The notes below the pieces were generated by a model that was not told the DNA's origin, did no database searches, and saw only the letters and a program-made list of their open reading frames with translations. A DNA stretch of 63,451 nucleotides, the filler included, from Choristocarpus tenellus KU-1152 (taxonomy: Eukaryota; Protista; Phaeophyceae): assembly GCA_964200185.2 (NCBI GenBank). It is 9 parts of 9 records of this genome, joined end to end, with 100 filler letters (N's around TTAATTAATTAA, not from the genome) between each part and the next. Parts side by side here need not be neighbours in the genome. Positions count along the whole stretch, not along the records: positions 35,391 to 41,839 come from CAXNAD020008120.1; positions 41,940 to 53,321 come from CAXNAD020002351.1; 7 more parts are not named here. One strand, written 5' to 3'. How positions within the stretch are numbered: the stretch's first letter is position 1; each line of letters starts with the position of its first letter. Positions 37,380 to 48,874 of this stretch are shown here, piece after piece. Made by a program: the position numbers and the translations under genes.

Positions 37380-39900
37380 CTCACAGACATCGGGGCAGGG
37401 TTAAGTCTTCCGGCTTACGGCATCCTTTGCTTTTGTTGATCGCACTGTTTCTGCGAGACACGGGTTCAACTTGCAAGTGACCATCTTCACGATTAATAAA
37501 ACTCTTGTGGAGATGGCCAACTTTGCTGCTTGGGGTAAACTTGACTCTGTTTTGCAGATACCGTGTGGGTGTGGACGATCTCAAACCTCTGGAATAGTCC
37601 CAATCACTTTGGGGTGCTTGGGCTCTGCCAGGTATAAAGGGCTGCCCTACAACGGATCAACGTTCCTTCTCTGACTCTTGTGATTTTTTTGGGAAGTACT
37701 TTCCTCCCTGTCTCCAGCTCCTATCGTGAAATGGGGAAAGTGAAGATTTCGGCTTCTTTGTCTAGGGGCGAGTCACATTTCCTTTATCGATCTCTCCGTT
37801 AGCACTGATCCCACCTCGAGTGGTCTACTCTGCCTTCACTGTCGATATCAGCAGAAGAGATGGGATATAATTAGGGAGGAAACGTGCATGGGCGTGGCAG
37901 TAGTACAAGTCCCACTTCCTGCTCTGAAGTGAGTGTCGATGTGTCACTATTTTTTGGGCGTTAGGGTTCCAGTTAAGCAACTTGGTGGTGGAGGGTGCTT
38001 GTTCTTCTGCCCTAATCCCAGGAAAATATTACTTCTAAAAACTCGGCACAATTTTTTGGTTCTTCCTTATTCTCTGCTGTTCTTGGGAGCACGGACAGAG
38101 TGTCTATATGAGTCTTGACAGTTTTGTATGCATGCTTGTACTGTGTGCCCTTCTGTTTTTGTTATGGAAGGTGGTGAAGAAGCCCTTGGTGTGATATCTG
38201 AAAGAGACTGTCTCGATAGATGGAAGAGATTATTTGGAGTGCAGTGAAGTGGATGAGTAGTATAGTATCAGCATACGAGCATCTGCTATCAGATAAGACC
38301 CATATTTTTCTCTCCATCCCAGGGTGTATCCATGCAAGAATCCTGAAAGAGCATGGTATGCTGTAGTGTGGAGGGTACAGGATAGTGACAAAGAGAGAGA
38401 ACACAGTGAAAAACTTATTGCTAACCCTAATCCCTAGCCTTCATCATCACCTTCTTTGTAGGGTACGTGTAGGTGACAGAACAATTGCAACTTGGCGAGT
38501 AATGCAGGCGCGCATGTCACTTAACTGTGAGCATGAGGTCACAACAGGAGAGTAATCACCATGGTATGGGTCTGTAGAGATTGTGTATCCACCACGCTCT
38601 TGACCTGTGGCTCGAAGTATATAAGTATGTGGGGTCTACACCAGGGTGTCCATTTGGGTCCTGACCAGGAGAAGTGCACTTACATTATCCATCTGATGCA
38701 TGCAACCAAATCACCCAAAAAATCGCAACATGGAAAAATGGGCCCCAAGTCGACAGCCATCACCCCACCCCGGATACTTTGAGCCCTGTGGAGGAACTTG
38801 AGAGTATTTTTGTGATGAAGTTTTCAAGTAGTAGGTACAGGATGTTGGTACCTGTCATGCCTCATATCTGACTCCACAGTTCTGGCTTGTCCTGTTATTG
38901 AAAACACCATCATGGAGCAATGCTGGTCACTCATGTATATTTTGGAGGTTAGGGTGGTAGCTGACCAGCCCTCTATACTAGGCGGAAATATGTCCTTCAC
39001 TGTTCTACTAATTACTCTGTTAGGCAGTTACCTCCACTATACATGATTGCAATGGCAAATGGGTCCTTGAAATCTAATCAGTTCGTCAGTAGATGATACG
39101 ACCCTTCACACACACCCCCACATGCAACGAGAGATTTCACACCAAGTTTATTCATACTCTGACATAGGATGTCCAGAGCTGGAGTAGTTTCTTTGAGCTC
39201 TTGATGTATATATATATTTGAATGTTTATTAATTTCTGTGGTTGTGTTCCTCAGTCTTATGCAAGCTACATGGCTGTGAATTAGCTACCTGGTGTACTTT
39301 TCAGCTGCCACTCTCCTCCATACTTCCTTGCATATTTTCTTGTCTATACAGTGAATAAACGCACTGTTACTGGCATCCATAGAGGTGGAGCAGACACTGA
39401 GGTGACACTATCAATAGTGGAATGGGAAATTGGCGATGTAAATGTTTCTTCTCACCTTGAAGAGGGTGAAGGCTGGCCCTCCCCCTTCCCTAAGGAGGGC
39501 TGAAAATGTTACGGAGGATGGTGGGCTGAAGCTGAAGTACTGGAATGTTGATGTGGTGCACAACTGCACCATGCAACTATTCCCATTGTGCGTAAAACGT
39601 CAGGGGGACTGGGCAAGGGGGGGCTGTCCTGGCCGCTAGGAGCTGTTACTGCTCATAGTGCCTTTGGAAGAAGGTTGAAGAGTTTGCTCTTAAGTGATGC
39701 GAATGGTTATCTTGTGGAGATGACCAGGTGCAGTGCTTCAGAGCAAACTCTGCATTCTTTGTGGGGAGACAGCATGAGGGACAAATGTTCCCTAGTCTCA
39801 TAACAGTTCTCTCTTGGCCCAATCCTCACGAGATTTCGCCTATGTCAGGTGTAAATGGCTGTGCATTCCATTTCTCCATTGAATGGTCCTTCTGTCGCTT
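37380..39900 (-). mobile_element. Scattered degenerate LINE-like relics
   Basis: FPISR*ELETGRKVLPKK (~37700) and HLRANSS...STFQYF (~39530-39700) weakly resemble non-LTR ORF2 motifs; not necessarily one element. Confidence 0.28.
38609..38785. mobile_element. MITE family C with TSD CTGT
   Basis: GGCTCGAAGTAT ... GATACTTTGAGCC with CTGT on both sides; empty paralogous site at ~40650. Confidence 0.9.
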
Positions 39901-40881
39901 CTCTGACTTGTCTGGTCATACCTTGCCGCACCCTCTCAAGTCCCCACCCTGGAGATTGAGAGGAAATACTTCAGTCTCTTCTTGGTGAGGGGGATACCCC
40001 CTTCATTGATCCCCGGTAGGTGACACTGGTTGTTGCCTTACACCGTGTAGTGGTTCCTTCTTCATGAACACCCTCAGCTGTGCAGACTTAATTGCCTGGA
40101 GAGTGGAAGCATTCGGGGAAACATTGGGGGAAGGATCGTAGCCAGGGGCTCAGTTTCCACTCTGAAGCAAGCTAGTGAGTAGTTGTGTCACCATTTCTGG
40201 GCATTGACATGCCAGTTGACCCACCTGATAGTGGTTGATGTTTTTTCTTCCACTCTGGTCTCAAGGAAGGTCACTTCCTAGGAATACCTACAGGTTTTGG
40301 GCCTTTTTAGTTCTCTGCTTTTCTTGGAAGCATGAATAGAATGTGCTTATGAGCCCCGGCAGTTTTGATATACATGGTTGTTCTGTGTGTGTACTTGTTT
40401 TGGTAATGGGAGGATGGAGGTGTAAGAGATAAAAAATGTGTACATATCTTTTTCTGCATTATACCAAACAGCAGCAGGGATTGTATTATTAGATACAAGG
40501 GCTTGTTTTGGAATCCGGTGAAGTAATAGAGTAATTGCAGCTTGCCAGTAGAGCAGTTGTGCATGTCCACAAAACCACACAAATGTGACCCTAAGAGGAG
40601 TGTTATCTCAGACGTTCTGTAGAGAGTGTGTATCCACCACGCCCTTTGACTCGTGAAGGAACTTAACGTACCTTTGTGATGCAGTTTTCAAGTAGCAGGT
40701 ACTGACTTGTGGTACCAGCCATGCCTGAGTTGACTTTGAAAATTTCTGTTCAACCTGGTCTTGAAAACATACTCATAAATGTCATGAGTGGTGTACCTCT
40801 CTTTACCCCTTTTGATCTTTTTGATGGTGTTGGCACGACCCTGTGCTACATCTCATGTCATCCTCCCGCCCCTCTTCTCAG

Positions 40882-41839
40882 GCGAGCAGGGGGTACTCTG
40901 CGTGCTGCGAATGTGGTCGAGGCCACTCTGCAGCTTGGTGGGAGTGAGTACTTAAAGCCCCTAGAATTGCGGTCGCCTTGGCACAAGGTGTGTGTGTGTG
41001 TGTGTGTGTGAGGAAGGCATGGTCAAGAGTCATCCTCTATTCTTTGTTTCTAGAGTGGACTTGTAGGAACTCCTTTGTGTGTGTGTTTGCGGAGTGCTCT
41101 GAAGTATGTAGTGGTTATAAAGTCATCTGACGTGACTGTGTCCTAACTACACCCTCCCCTCCCTGTTCTTCCTCCTTCTGTTCTATTTATAACCTTTCAA
41201 ATCATCTGATTGGGTGGCCAGTCCTCTGGCGCTGACGTGTATGTCATACTCTTGGCAGGCGTCATCCTTCTCGCGGTTTGTGGGTACGGAGCCCTTGTTG
41301 GCATCACAGCTATGGTGGTATCGGTTGGTCGTCGTGCCACCAATGCCCTCCGAGCAGTTGCCACACGTTGTGAACAATGTGAGGTTCTAGGGGGCAAGAG
41401 TGAAACCCAAAGTAGGAAGGGTAAGAGGAGAGGAGGGGGCAGGGTCAGGAGTGGAGGAAGTAGCTGCTTGGTGGCGAGCTCTGCCTCAGCAGCAGCACAA
41501 GCAGCTGCTGTTGCAGGCTCTGCTGCAGCAGCAATTCAGGGAAGTGTGCGAAGAGGGCTGGTTCCGGATAGGTGGGGTGAGGGACGAGCTGAAGATACTC
41601 TTGACATGGCATTGGGAGCGCTTTTAGGGGGTGTTGCTTGTGGAGAGGAGTTTCCAGAGGATGAAATGGCGGAATTAGATGGCCCAGCAGTTGATCGTAG
41701 TGGAGATGGGATGGGAGGTTCCCTGGGAGGTGGTAGTGGGAATGGGAGCATGGGCCATCGCCGGTCCCTCTCAGGCGAGCTGGTTGTTTGGCCGGGTAAT
41801 GGAGAGGGTAAGTGGGGTGGTGACCTCCGTGGGTGGGGG
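40882..41839 (+). CDS. C-terminal exons of a membrane-anchored UDP-glycosyltransferase (GT1/UGT-like), partial
   Basis: Exons 40882-40987 and 41222 to contig end splice to GGTLRAANVVEATLQLGGSEYLKPLELRSPWHK|SSGADVYVILLAGVILLAVCGYG, matching the UGT tail RA..W.E...R.GG..HL.P....W.....DV plus TM helix. Confidence 0.68.
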
Positions 41840-43250
41840 NNNNNNNNNNNNNNNNNNNNNNNNNNNNNNNNNNNNNNNNNNNNTTAATTAATTAANNNNN
41901 NNNNNNNNNNNNNNNNNNNNNNNNNNNNNNNNNNNNNNNCCTATTTTTTTTATCTTTTCGAAAAAAGCGGTACAAAATTGCATATTTTTCGATTTGGTTC
42001 ATAAAATTTGGCCCAAAATAGGGGTTGGTACTGTATTTCAATTCGATATTTTATTTTATCTCTTTTGGGCTTATACCGACATATCTATAGTTTCCATTTG
42101 TTTTCCTCCTCACACAGCTGCAAAATGTCAGAGGGCATAATAATAAAAATATTTCAATACTCCTGTGGAAAGCAGATTTGTTTACTATCTTAGCGTTATT
42201 GCCGTATGCTATATACCGTCATATGGATTGAGATTCTTCTCTGAGAACTTCGGTAAAACTGTGTGGAGGATCTTCGGAGTGATATATTCCGTGTCTTGGA
42301 GCACATCTCTTCATGAGTACGTTTCTTTCGAAAGTGGATTTCCCATTTCTAAGAGGTTTCTTCACTGAAATCCATCCGAACCATGATCGGGATGCTTCAA
42401 TTATTAAAATATCATTCTTAAGCTCTTCAAAGTATCAAATATGCCGGATCTCTCACTTTAAATGTTCACTTTCTGGTTGCGATTGGGTTGTAAGGAGGAT
42501 TGAACAACAATTCCTTGCCGAATGTGTGGGATCAAAATGAAAAAAAAAGTAATGAAGTACAAGATAAAAAATCTAGGACTTCATAGTCGTCATTTCGTTT
42601 ATGAAATTGCCAATAAGGCACATCGCCTATGACACAACTCCAATCCCAAACCCAAACCCAACCCCAAAAATATAATTTCGATGCAAAAATCCAATAAAAC
42701 ACGTAACACAACAGCGCATTGCATTGCTGTGTTGGATTGCTGCTGTTACCGGGCACAAGTGGAATTTGACTTTCTTGTTGTTAGACGTGTTAAAAAGGAG
42801 CAAAGTGGGCGGTGAAAGAAAAATAATCGAAAAAAGGAATAACACAAAAGGGAAAGTAGGGAACTCAATCGAGGTTTAGCCATCAAGTGTATGTGTATCT
42901 ATCCATCCCCAGAAAGCCCCAGTACCTCCAGTACCAAGATCCAATCCCTAGAAAGAAAAAGACCCAAACCCCTGACCCTTCTCGAGGTCCCCAACATGGG
43001 GTGAACGCCTCTTGGGATCCTGGACTCTGTTCCTCAATTCTAAGTCCTCTAACCTCCTCCCGAGCTTGGAGAGGCACATCCAAATGGGAGAGCAATCATA
43101 ACAGACGGTATCCCAAAAATGGTAAAATGCTCTGGAGCACAAAAATATGGAAGGCAGGTTGCATACATGCAATTGAATGGAAGGTGCAGTGTGAGCGCTG
43201 TGTTTCTGATGAGTATCAACCTACTACAACAGTAGTAGTAAGTAGTATTA

Positions 43251-43507
43251 GAGTCAAAGCATTCTAGAGGGTAGGGTCGCATTCTTTTGGAGTCCAAAAT
43301 CCAGTGTTGCGATTTTGATGTAATTTTGGCTATCTTGTTTGTTAGCAAGTGTCATTATCCTTGCTCCAGACACACCTTTCTTAGTCGTATACATTTTAGG
43401 TAACTGTGTGCACACAGAAAACCGAAAAAGGGCTTAAAAAACGTGGGAAGCCAAGCCCCGAACGGATAAACAAGGCAAATCTCCTACCCTCTTAAATGCT
43501 TTGGGTC
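43251..43507. mobile_element. MITE family A2, full length
   Basis: GAGTCAAAGCATTCTAGAGGGTAG ... CTACCCTCTTAAATGCTTTGGGTC. Confidence 0.88.
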
Positions 43508-44476
43508 ATAGTTAGGCACTTGTCAATAGCTCTAATCGCATGGGGATGATATCATTGCGTGTGTATTCTTGATACCAGTCCGTAGACATGCTACTACTCC
43601 TGATGAGACTAGTGTTCCAGGAGCAATTGTTTTTTTCACTGGAACGACCTCTCTACTCAACCACTGGCACTAGCCTAGAAATCCGCGGTATGTGTAAGTG
43701 CAAAGGGAGGAAGGATAGCTTCCAACGGCTGCAGGCAGGAGAAACAAGCGGCCTAACGAAGATGGAGTTTGAGCCCTTGTGGTCAATGTGTGAATGATTC
43801 TCCAGAGCTGCAGCTGGGTGCATTGTGTGTAATGGACAGTTCGCGCTCAGGATGGACACCTGCTTCCTCCATGTTCTTGTTTGCACGAATGAGTAGTTGT
43901 ATGTATGCATGTATGTTTGGACAGGCTTATAAGGGTGGCACATCAGCGTGTGGAGACGATGTTTTCAGTCAAATAATATGCTGAACATCCACCTATATTG
44001 TAGACACTTACTAACGATGAACCATACCCCGTACATCAACATTCTTGTGTTTTCAAATGCATTAGTTGGCTGGATTGCGAGTCGTGTCATTCCTCGTTTG
44101 GATACTTTTCAAGGACAATATTTCAACCTCCAGTAACTCCACTTTGAGAGGGCGAATTGCTTGGGAATTGAGATCAAGCCTGGTAGGTGGAAAGCACAAT
44201 CGAGTACTAATGCAACCTGGGAATCAGTGGTGGGGATGTTTCCTACTGGTCAGGAAAGAATTCTGGGCACTTGAACCTACTAGAGTCAAAGTAAGATGTT
44301 CAGGTACAACAACAATCAATGGTGCAGACATGATTAGAATTATCATATTGGATTTTTCGCAATTGTTCGAGTTGCAGAGAAGTTGTGGTTGTGTGTATAT
44401 TTGTGTTGTTGTTGTAGCCTAATGTGTGTCAGTACCTTCAATTTTGCATGGAGGTGATTTTTTGTCATGTAGTTAA

Positions 44477-44734
44477 GAGCCAAAGTATCTTAGAGGGTAG
44501 AGCCGCATCCATTTGAGGGCTAAAAACCAATGTTGTGATTTTGATGTAATTTTGGCTATCGTGTTTGTTAGTAAGTGTCAATATCCTTGTTATAGACACA
44601 CCTTTTCAGAAAGTACACATTTTACGTACTCCAAAAATTTTTGGAAGTAGGAAAGCGTCATAAAAGACCCATGGGAAACCACGCCCCGAATGGACAAACA
44701 GGGCAAACTCGTATCCTCTAGGATACTTTCACTC
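44477..44734. mobile_element. MITE family A
   Basis: Both TIRs; flanks TTAA/TAAA. Confidence 0.9.
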
Positions 44735-45148
44735 TAAAATGAACATTTCAATGTCTGCATGTAATTATATACGTATTTATGTATATCTGAGTGTAGTATT
44801 TAGGGCAACTACTGCTTTCTGTGTAGTTTGCACATGTTTTTCACATGATATCATTTGTAGAAGGTATGCAATTTGGTGGTGATAGTATGTAGTGGGTGTT
44901 TCTTGTCTCATGCATCGAACATAGATACTACCAATAATATTACTACCACAACCACTTTTTTAGGTAGTAATTCATTCGTATTGTGAGACGCATGATGATG
45001 GTGTACAGAAAGCGATGATGAGTTTTTATGGTGAGTACTGGTCTTGGGTCTAACGCCTCCTCCGCTCTCATTCCTCCAACACCACTCCATTATTTTTCCT
45101 TGGCGTTACTCTCTTTGCAATATATTCTTCTTGTTTTGATGTTGTAAA

Positions 45149-45149
<1 letters not shown>

Positions 45150-45180
<31 letters not shown>

Positions 45181-45235
45181 GCAGCAGCAATAGTAGTAAT
45201 AGTCGTAGTAGAAGTAGTAGTAGAAGTAGTAGTAG
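45150..45235. repeat. Imperfect (GTA)n microsatellite
   Basis: Directly visible. Confidence 0.9.
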
Positions 45236-45699
45236 ACTTTCTCCTAATACGTTTTACCATTTGCCGAACGTCTAAAGAGACAGGACAAAGTATTTAATCA
45301 CTGGGTAGAAATAAATGAGGCCAAGATTTCCCCAAACTTAGGATTGCGGAAAGGAGATATATGCGCTACACAATATACAGGGTTATGACAGAATCAACAA
45401 ACAGACATCATCAACTTCACTGAGTGAGGTAGGTAACGTAAAACGGCCAAAGGAAATGACACACTGCGTTTCAATATTCTGAATTCTAATGTTTATGCAT
45501 TTGTTTTCTATATTATATATTACTTTTCCCTCTGATATTTTAACATTATTTTACAGATATGTCTTCTATATCGGTAACATATTACGGGGTGATTGACCAT
45601 GCCAAATTTCCACTAAATTCCCAAAATAATTTGGGCGGTTACGGTGAGCCGTTTTTTTTCCCCGTTTTGTGTTATAAGTCAGTCTTTCAATCTCTTCCA

Positions 45700-46550
45700 A
45701 TCTCTTCCAATTCAACCATGTTTCTCTGGATGATTTTCTAAGATTGACTTGAGGGGGGATATTTCTCCTTTGTTTTAAACATTTCGACATAATTCAGAAA
45801 ATAACATAAATTGCTTCAGTTTCTCATAACTATTGATCTTCAAGATTTCCCCCGTCATTCCTGGAAGTCTTGATGATAGATTAACCATTTGCAGTTGCCC
45901 TGTGTGCATTGCAGTAACCTACAGCAAGCAAATAAGGAAATGTAATAGAGGGATTAAAGTAGTTGCTGGAGGAACGCCTTGCGACTAGAAAGTGAAATTA
46001 ACGTGCCTCCACACCCCCTAGAACTTGCTATCCGACCTTGGTTCTGCTTTGGTACTTTGATCAGCGTATAGATCGTGGTTGCTGTGTTGACCACTCGATC
46101 TTGGGCTGGAATGGAGGTTGTGGTAAATGTGCTGCAGGCCCCTGCGAGGAATAGGGCGCCCTTGTTGACTCCAAGAGAACTCTAGGCAAATTACTACAAG
46201 GACGTAGTACAACCAGATTCGCGGTAATCAGAATATGGGAAAAAAAAATCGATAACGAGATAAGTACTTAATCAAAGTAGAAGCTACTCTACTAAAATTA
46301 GAAAAGCAAATAGGACGTAAAAAAAACAATGCGGGTAATGCTTCCATGCATGACCGCAAGATAATTTCCTCCAAGGAGAGTGGGGATGAAGTCATGGTTG
46401 GAAGGGCAGGCTTCCCAGATGGCTTGGATTCACTTGAAGTCAGCAGCCACTAAATTGATGAGTGGGAAGAGACCAATGACGCCGCAAGTAGCCACTAAAT
46501 ACAATTTGAGAGAAGAAAGTCATGACACCTCAGCCTCTACAATTGAAGGG
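45700..46550 (-). mobile_element. Degenerate non-LTR retrotransposon RT relic
   Basis: Ordered motifs LRPICFS (~46320), SQQGRPI (~46160), DLYADQ (~46065), VNLRKS (~45740). Confidence 0.5.
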
Positions 46551-47894
46551 AACAAAGTCTTAAGCAGTACAAAAACTACGGATACACAAAAGAATATTCA
46601 AGCGTCTTGTAGGTAGACCCTTGATGTTTCAGTGGCGAGTGAAGTCACGTAGTTAGGATGACATAGTAGCCTCAATGCTCAAGGATGAAGGCAGATGATG
46701 GTGCTTGAAGAACAGTTGAGCTTACACCACTTGCTCACTCACTTCGATTATTGTTCTTAGTAGTTTGACCATGGGTATATATACTGACCACGATCATCAG
46801 AAGAGGGCGAAGTAAATATACGTTGGAAGTCTGTAAGTTCAATACACCCAAATGACCTGATCACCAAAGTCTCAACATCTCCTTCTAGTATGAAAAACAA
46901 ACTAGAGATGGTTGGCGCACATCCTACGTGAAAATGGGTACGCTGTCTCCAAGGGGGTAACAAAATGAGACATCGACACAAAACCAGCCTGTAGAGGAGG
47001 GTGGAGGGATTGAAGGTTGGAGTTGAAGCATCAGTGATGTTATTTGGAATCAGATATAGATGTCAAGCTCTTCATATATCATGGATTGTACCTTCACGCA
47101 TTGTAAAGCAATCGGTAGAATTTATAGGGTTTGCTGTTTTGAGAATCAGGTGGTTAGACGATTGATTGAGTGAAGGTACATTGCATTACCGAAGTGGTTA
47201 TGTAATCTTCATCCTCACATGTGTTGTGATGTAGGGTTGTTGAACTGGATGATCAGCTTCCACAGTCCGTTCCTTGTCACACTCAGTCATATAGAACCAT
47301 CTCCTCTAACACAGTACTATTTAATGGTTGGGAATGGGATACTTGTACTGAACAGCGCAAGAAATACATTTAATATCCACTCACAATAAGTAATGACTTG
47401 TAAAGGTAGATAGAACTGTATTCTCAAAAACGAATACATATCAATTTTATCACCATTCAGAACAGTGTTTTTCTTTGCGAATTGAACACTTTTGGGGCAC
47501 TTGTATCCAACAGCGTAGTCGCGGTCATTTTGTTATATGGACACAGTGGTGAGGTATGCATAGCGACTTCTGGTTATAAAAAGAAAGGCCGTACCCCGCT
47601 TGTTTTCCCTAACGAATTTCACGATCACCACCTCGTACCTTGTACTCATTTGTTTTGTTCAAAACATTCTTCATAGTATCCACAACATTTCACTATTGTT
47701 GGTGGATTTTTCAATAAACAACCCTCCCTATCTGTGGACATGTTCTGAATTTAATACATCAAAGGCTCAAAGTATCTTGGGGGGGAGGGTGGTGACTGTC
47801 CATTTGGGATCAATATTTTCCATGTCGCGATTTTTGGGTGATTTGGTTGCATACGTCGGATGGATAATGTAAGTGCACTGTTCCTGGTTATGTC

Positions 47895-48178
47895 CCAAAT
47901 CCAAGCTCGATAATAATTACATTGCCGACTAGCCAGGCAATGATTTCACCAAATACAATATAAGAATATGTATATATGCTAACAGATGCCGGAAGCATTG
48001 AAGCTAGTTCAGTATATGCAAGAGCAACAAATATGCATGTAAAGCCAGCGATAGCTTATGAAATAGTTACAGCTGGTCCCGCATATTGTGAAGCTACAAG
48101 ACTAGTGAGTGTAAATACACCAGTTCCGACAATAGCTCCTAGTCCCAGCAAAATCAGATCAAGTGCTGTTAGACTTGT
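47895..48178 (-). pseudogene. Fragment of a bacterial-type APC cationic amino-acid permease (Rickettsia-like)
   Basis: Intronless TSLTALDLILLGLGAIVGTGVFTLTSLVASQYAGPAVTIS*AIAGFTCIFVALAYTELASMLPASVSIYTYSYIVFGEIIAWLVGNVIIIELGFG; one in-frame TAA; truncated at both ends. Confidence 0.88.
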
Positions 48179-48179
48179 A

Positions 48180-48476
48180 TATCGTTTAACCAAGTAATAT
48201 CAAACTATTATGCACAAAATATTAAATCAATAATCAATCTTTCCTCCTCTACTACTAGCGTTTATGGAGACCATAAAGGATCATGGGTAAATGAACCAAG
48301 GTAATTCAAAATGGTCAAAAAAATAGCTTAAGGTACAAAGTAGAAGTTAACGGGCAAAAATTTGGCAATCAAAACAATATTAATACAAAAATACTTAGAT
48401 TAGCAGGAATTTATGGACGTTACCGAAATAGTCTTACAAAAATAAGAAAGAACACTGCACGTTCGATTCAGAGAAA
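48180..48476 (+). pseudogene. Fragment of a bacterial YeeZ-like NAD-dependent epimerase/atypical SDR
   Basis: NIKSIINLSSSTTSVYGDHKGSWVNE, then after a disruption RYKVEVNGQKF..KILRLAGIYGRYRNSL; hallmark S.T.VYGDH.G.WV.E and RLAGIYG motifs. Confidence 0.82.
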
Positions 48477-48801
48477 AATGGACACCCTGGTGTAGACCTC
48501 CTTTTCCCCCCAGATACTTTGGGTCAAAATATGTACAGATAAGTTTGGGAACATCAACAGAACTCTTAATGTGATCGGTATACTTGTATTTTTCTTTCCA
48601 CCCACTTTGTTATTGAGCCAATTACTTACACTATTTTATTATTATGCCCTCTGACATTTTGCAGATGTGTCAGGGAATTACTTTAGTGCTATTATTACAA
48701 TTTCAATACTATAGACTATCACTAAAATAGTAGATGTGAATTGTATTTGTGGATCTTTGTCTAACTGCCTTCAAAACTTAATGTTAACCATGTATTACAG
48801 A

Positions 48802-48874
48802 GCCGGAGTAGCTCAGTCGGTAGAGCGTACGACTTTTAATCGTATGGTCGTGGGTTCGAGCCCCACCTTCGGTG
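48802..48874 (+). tRNA. tRNA-Lys(UUU)
   Basis: Cloverleaf: acceptor GCCGGAG/CTTCGGT, D-arm GCTCAGTCGGTAGAGC, anticodon arm TACGA-CTTTTAA-TCGTA, T-loop GTTCGAGCCC; no encoded CCA; T-run at ~48908. Confidence 0.95.

Larger units (their letters stand above)
47764..48525. mobile_element. MITE family C carrying a ~575-bp internal cargo (47901-48475)
   Basis: Left part 47764-47900 and right part 48476-48525 together rebuild a complete C element, split at CCAAAT^GGACACC with AAAT repeated. Confidence 0.88.

Noticed and set aside
47895-48476. Functional host amino-acid transporter exon
   Set aside because: In-frame stop, no splice sites, truncated ends, and embedded in a MITE.
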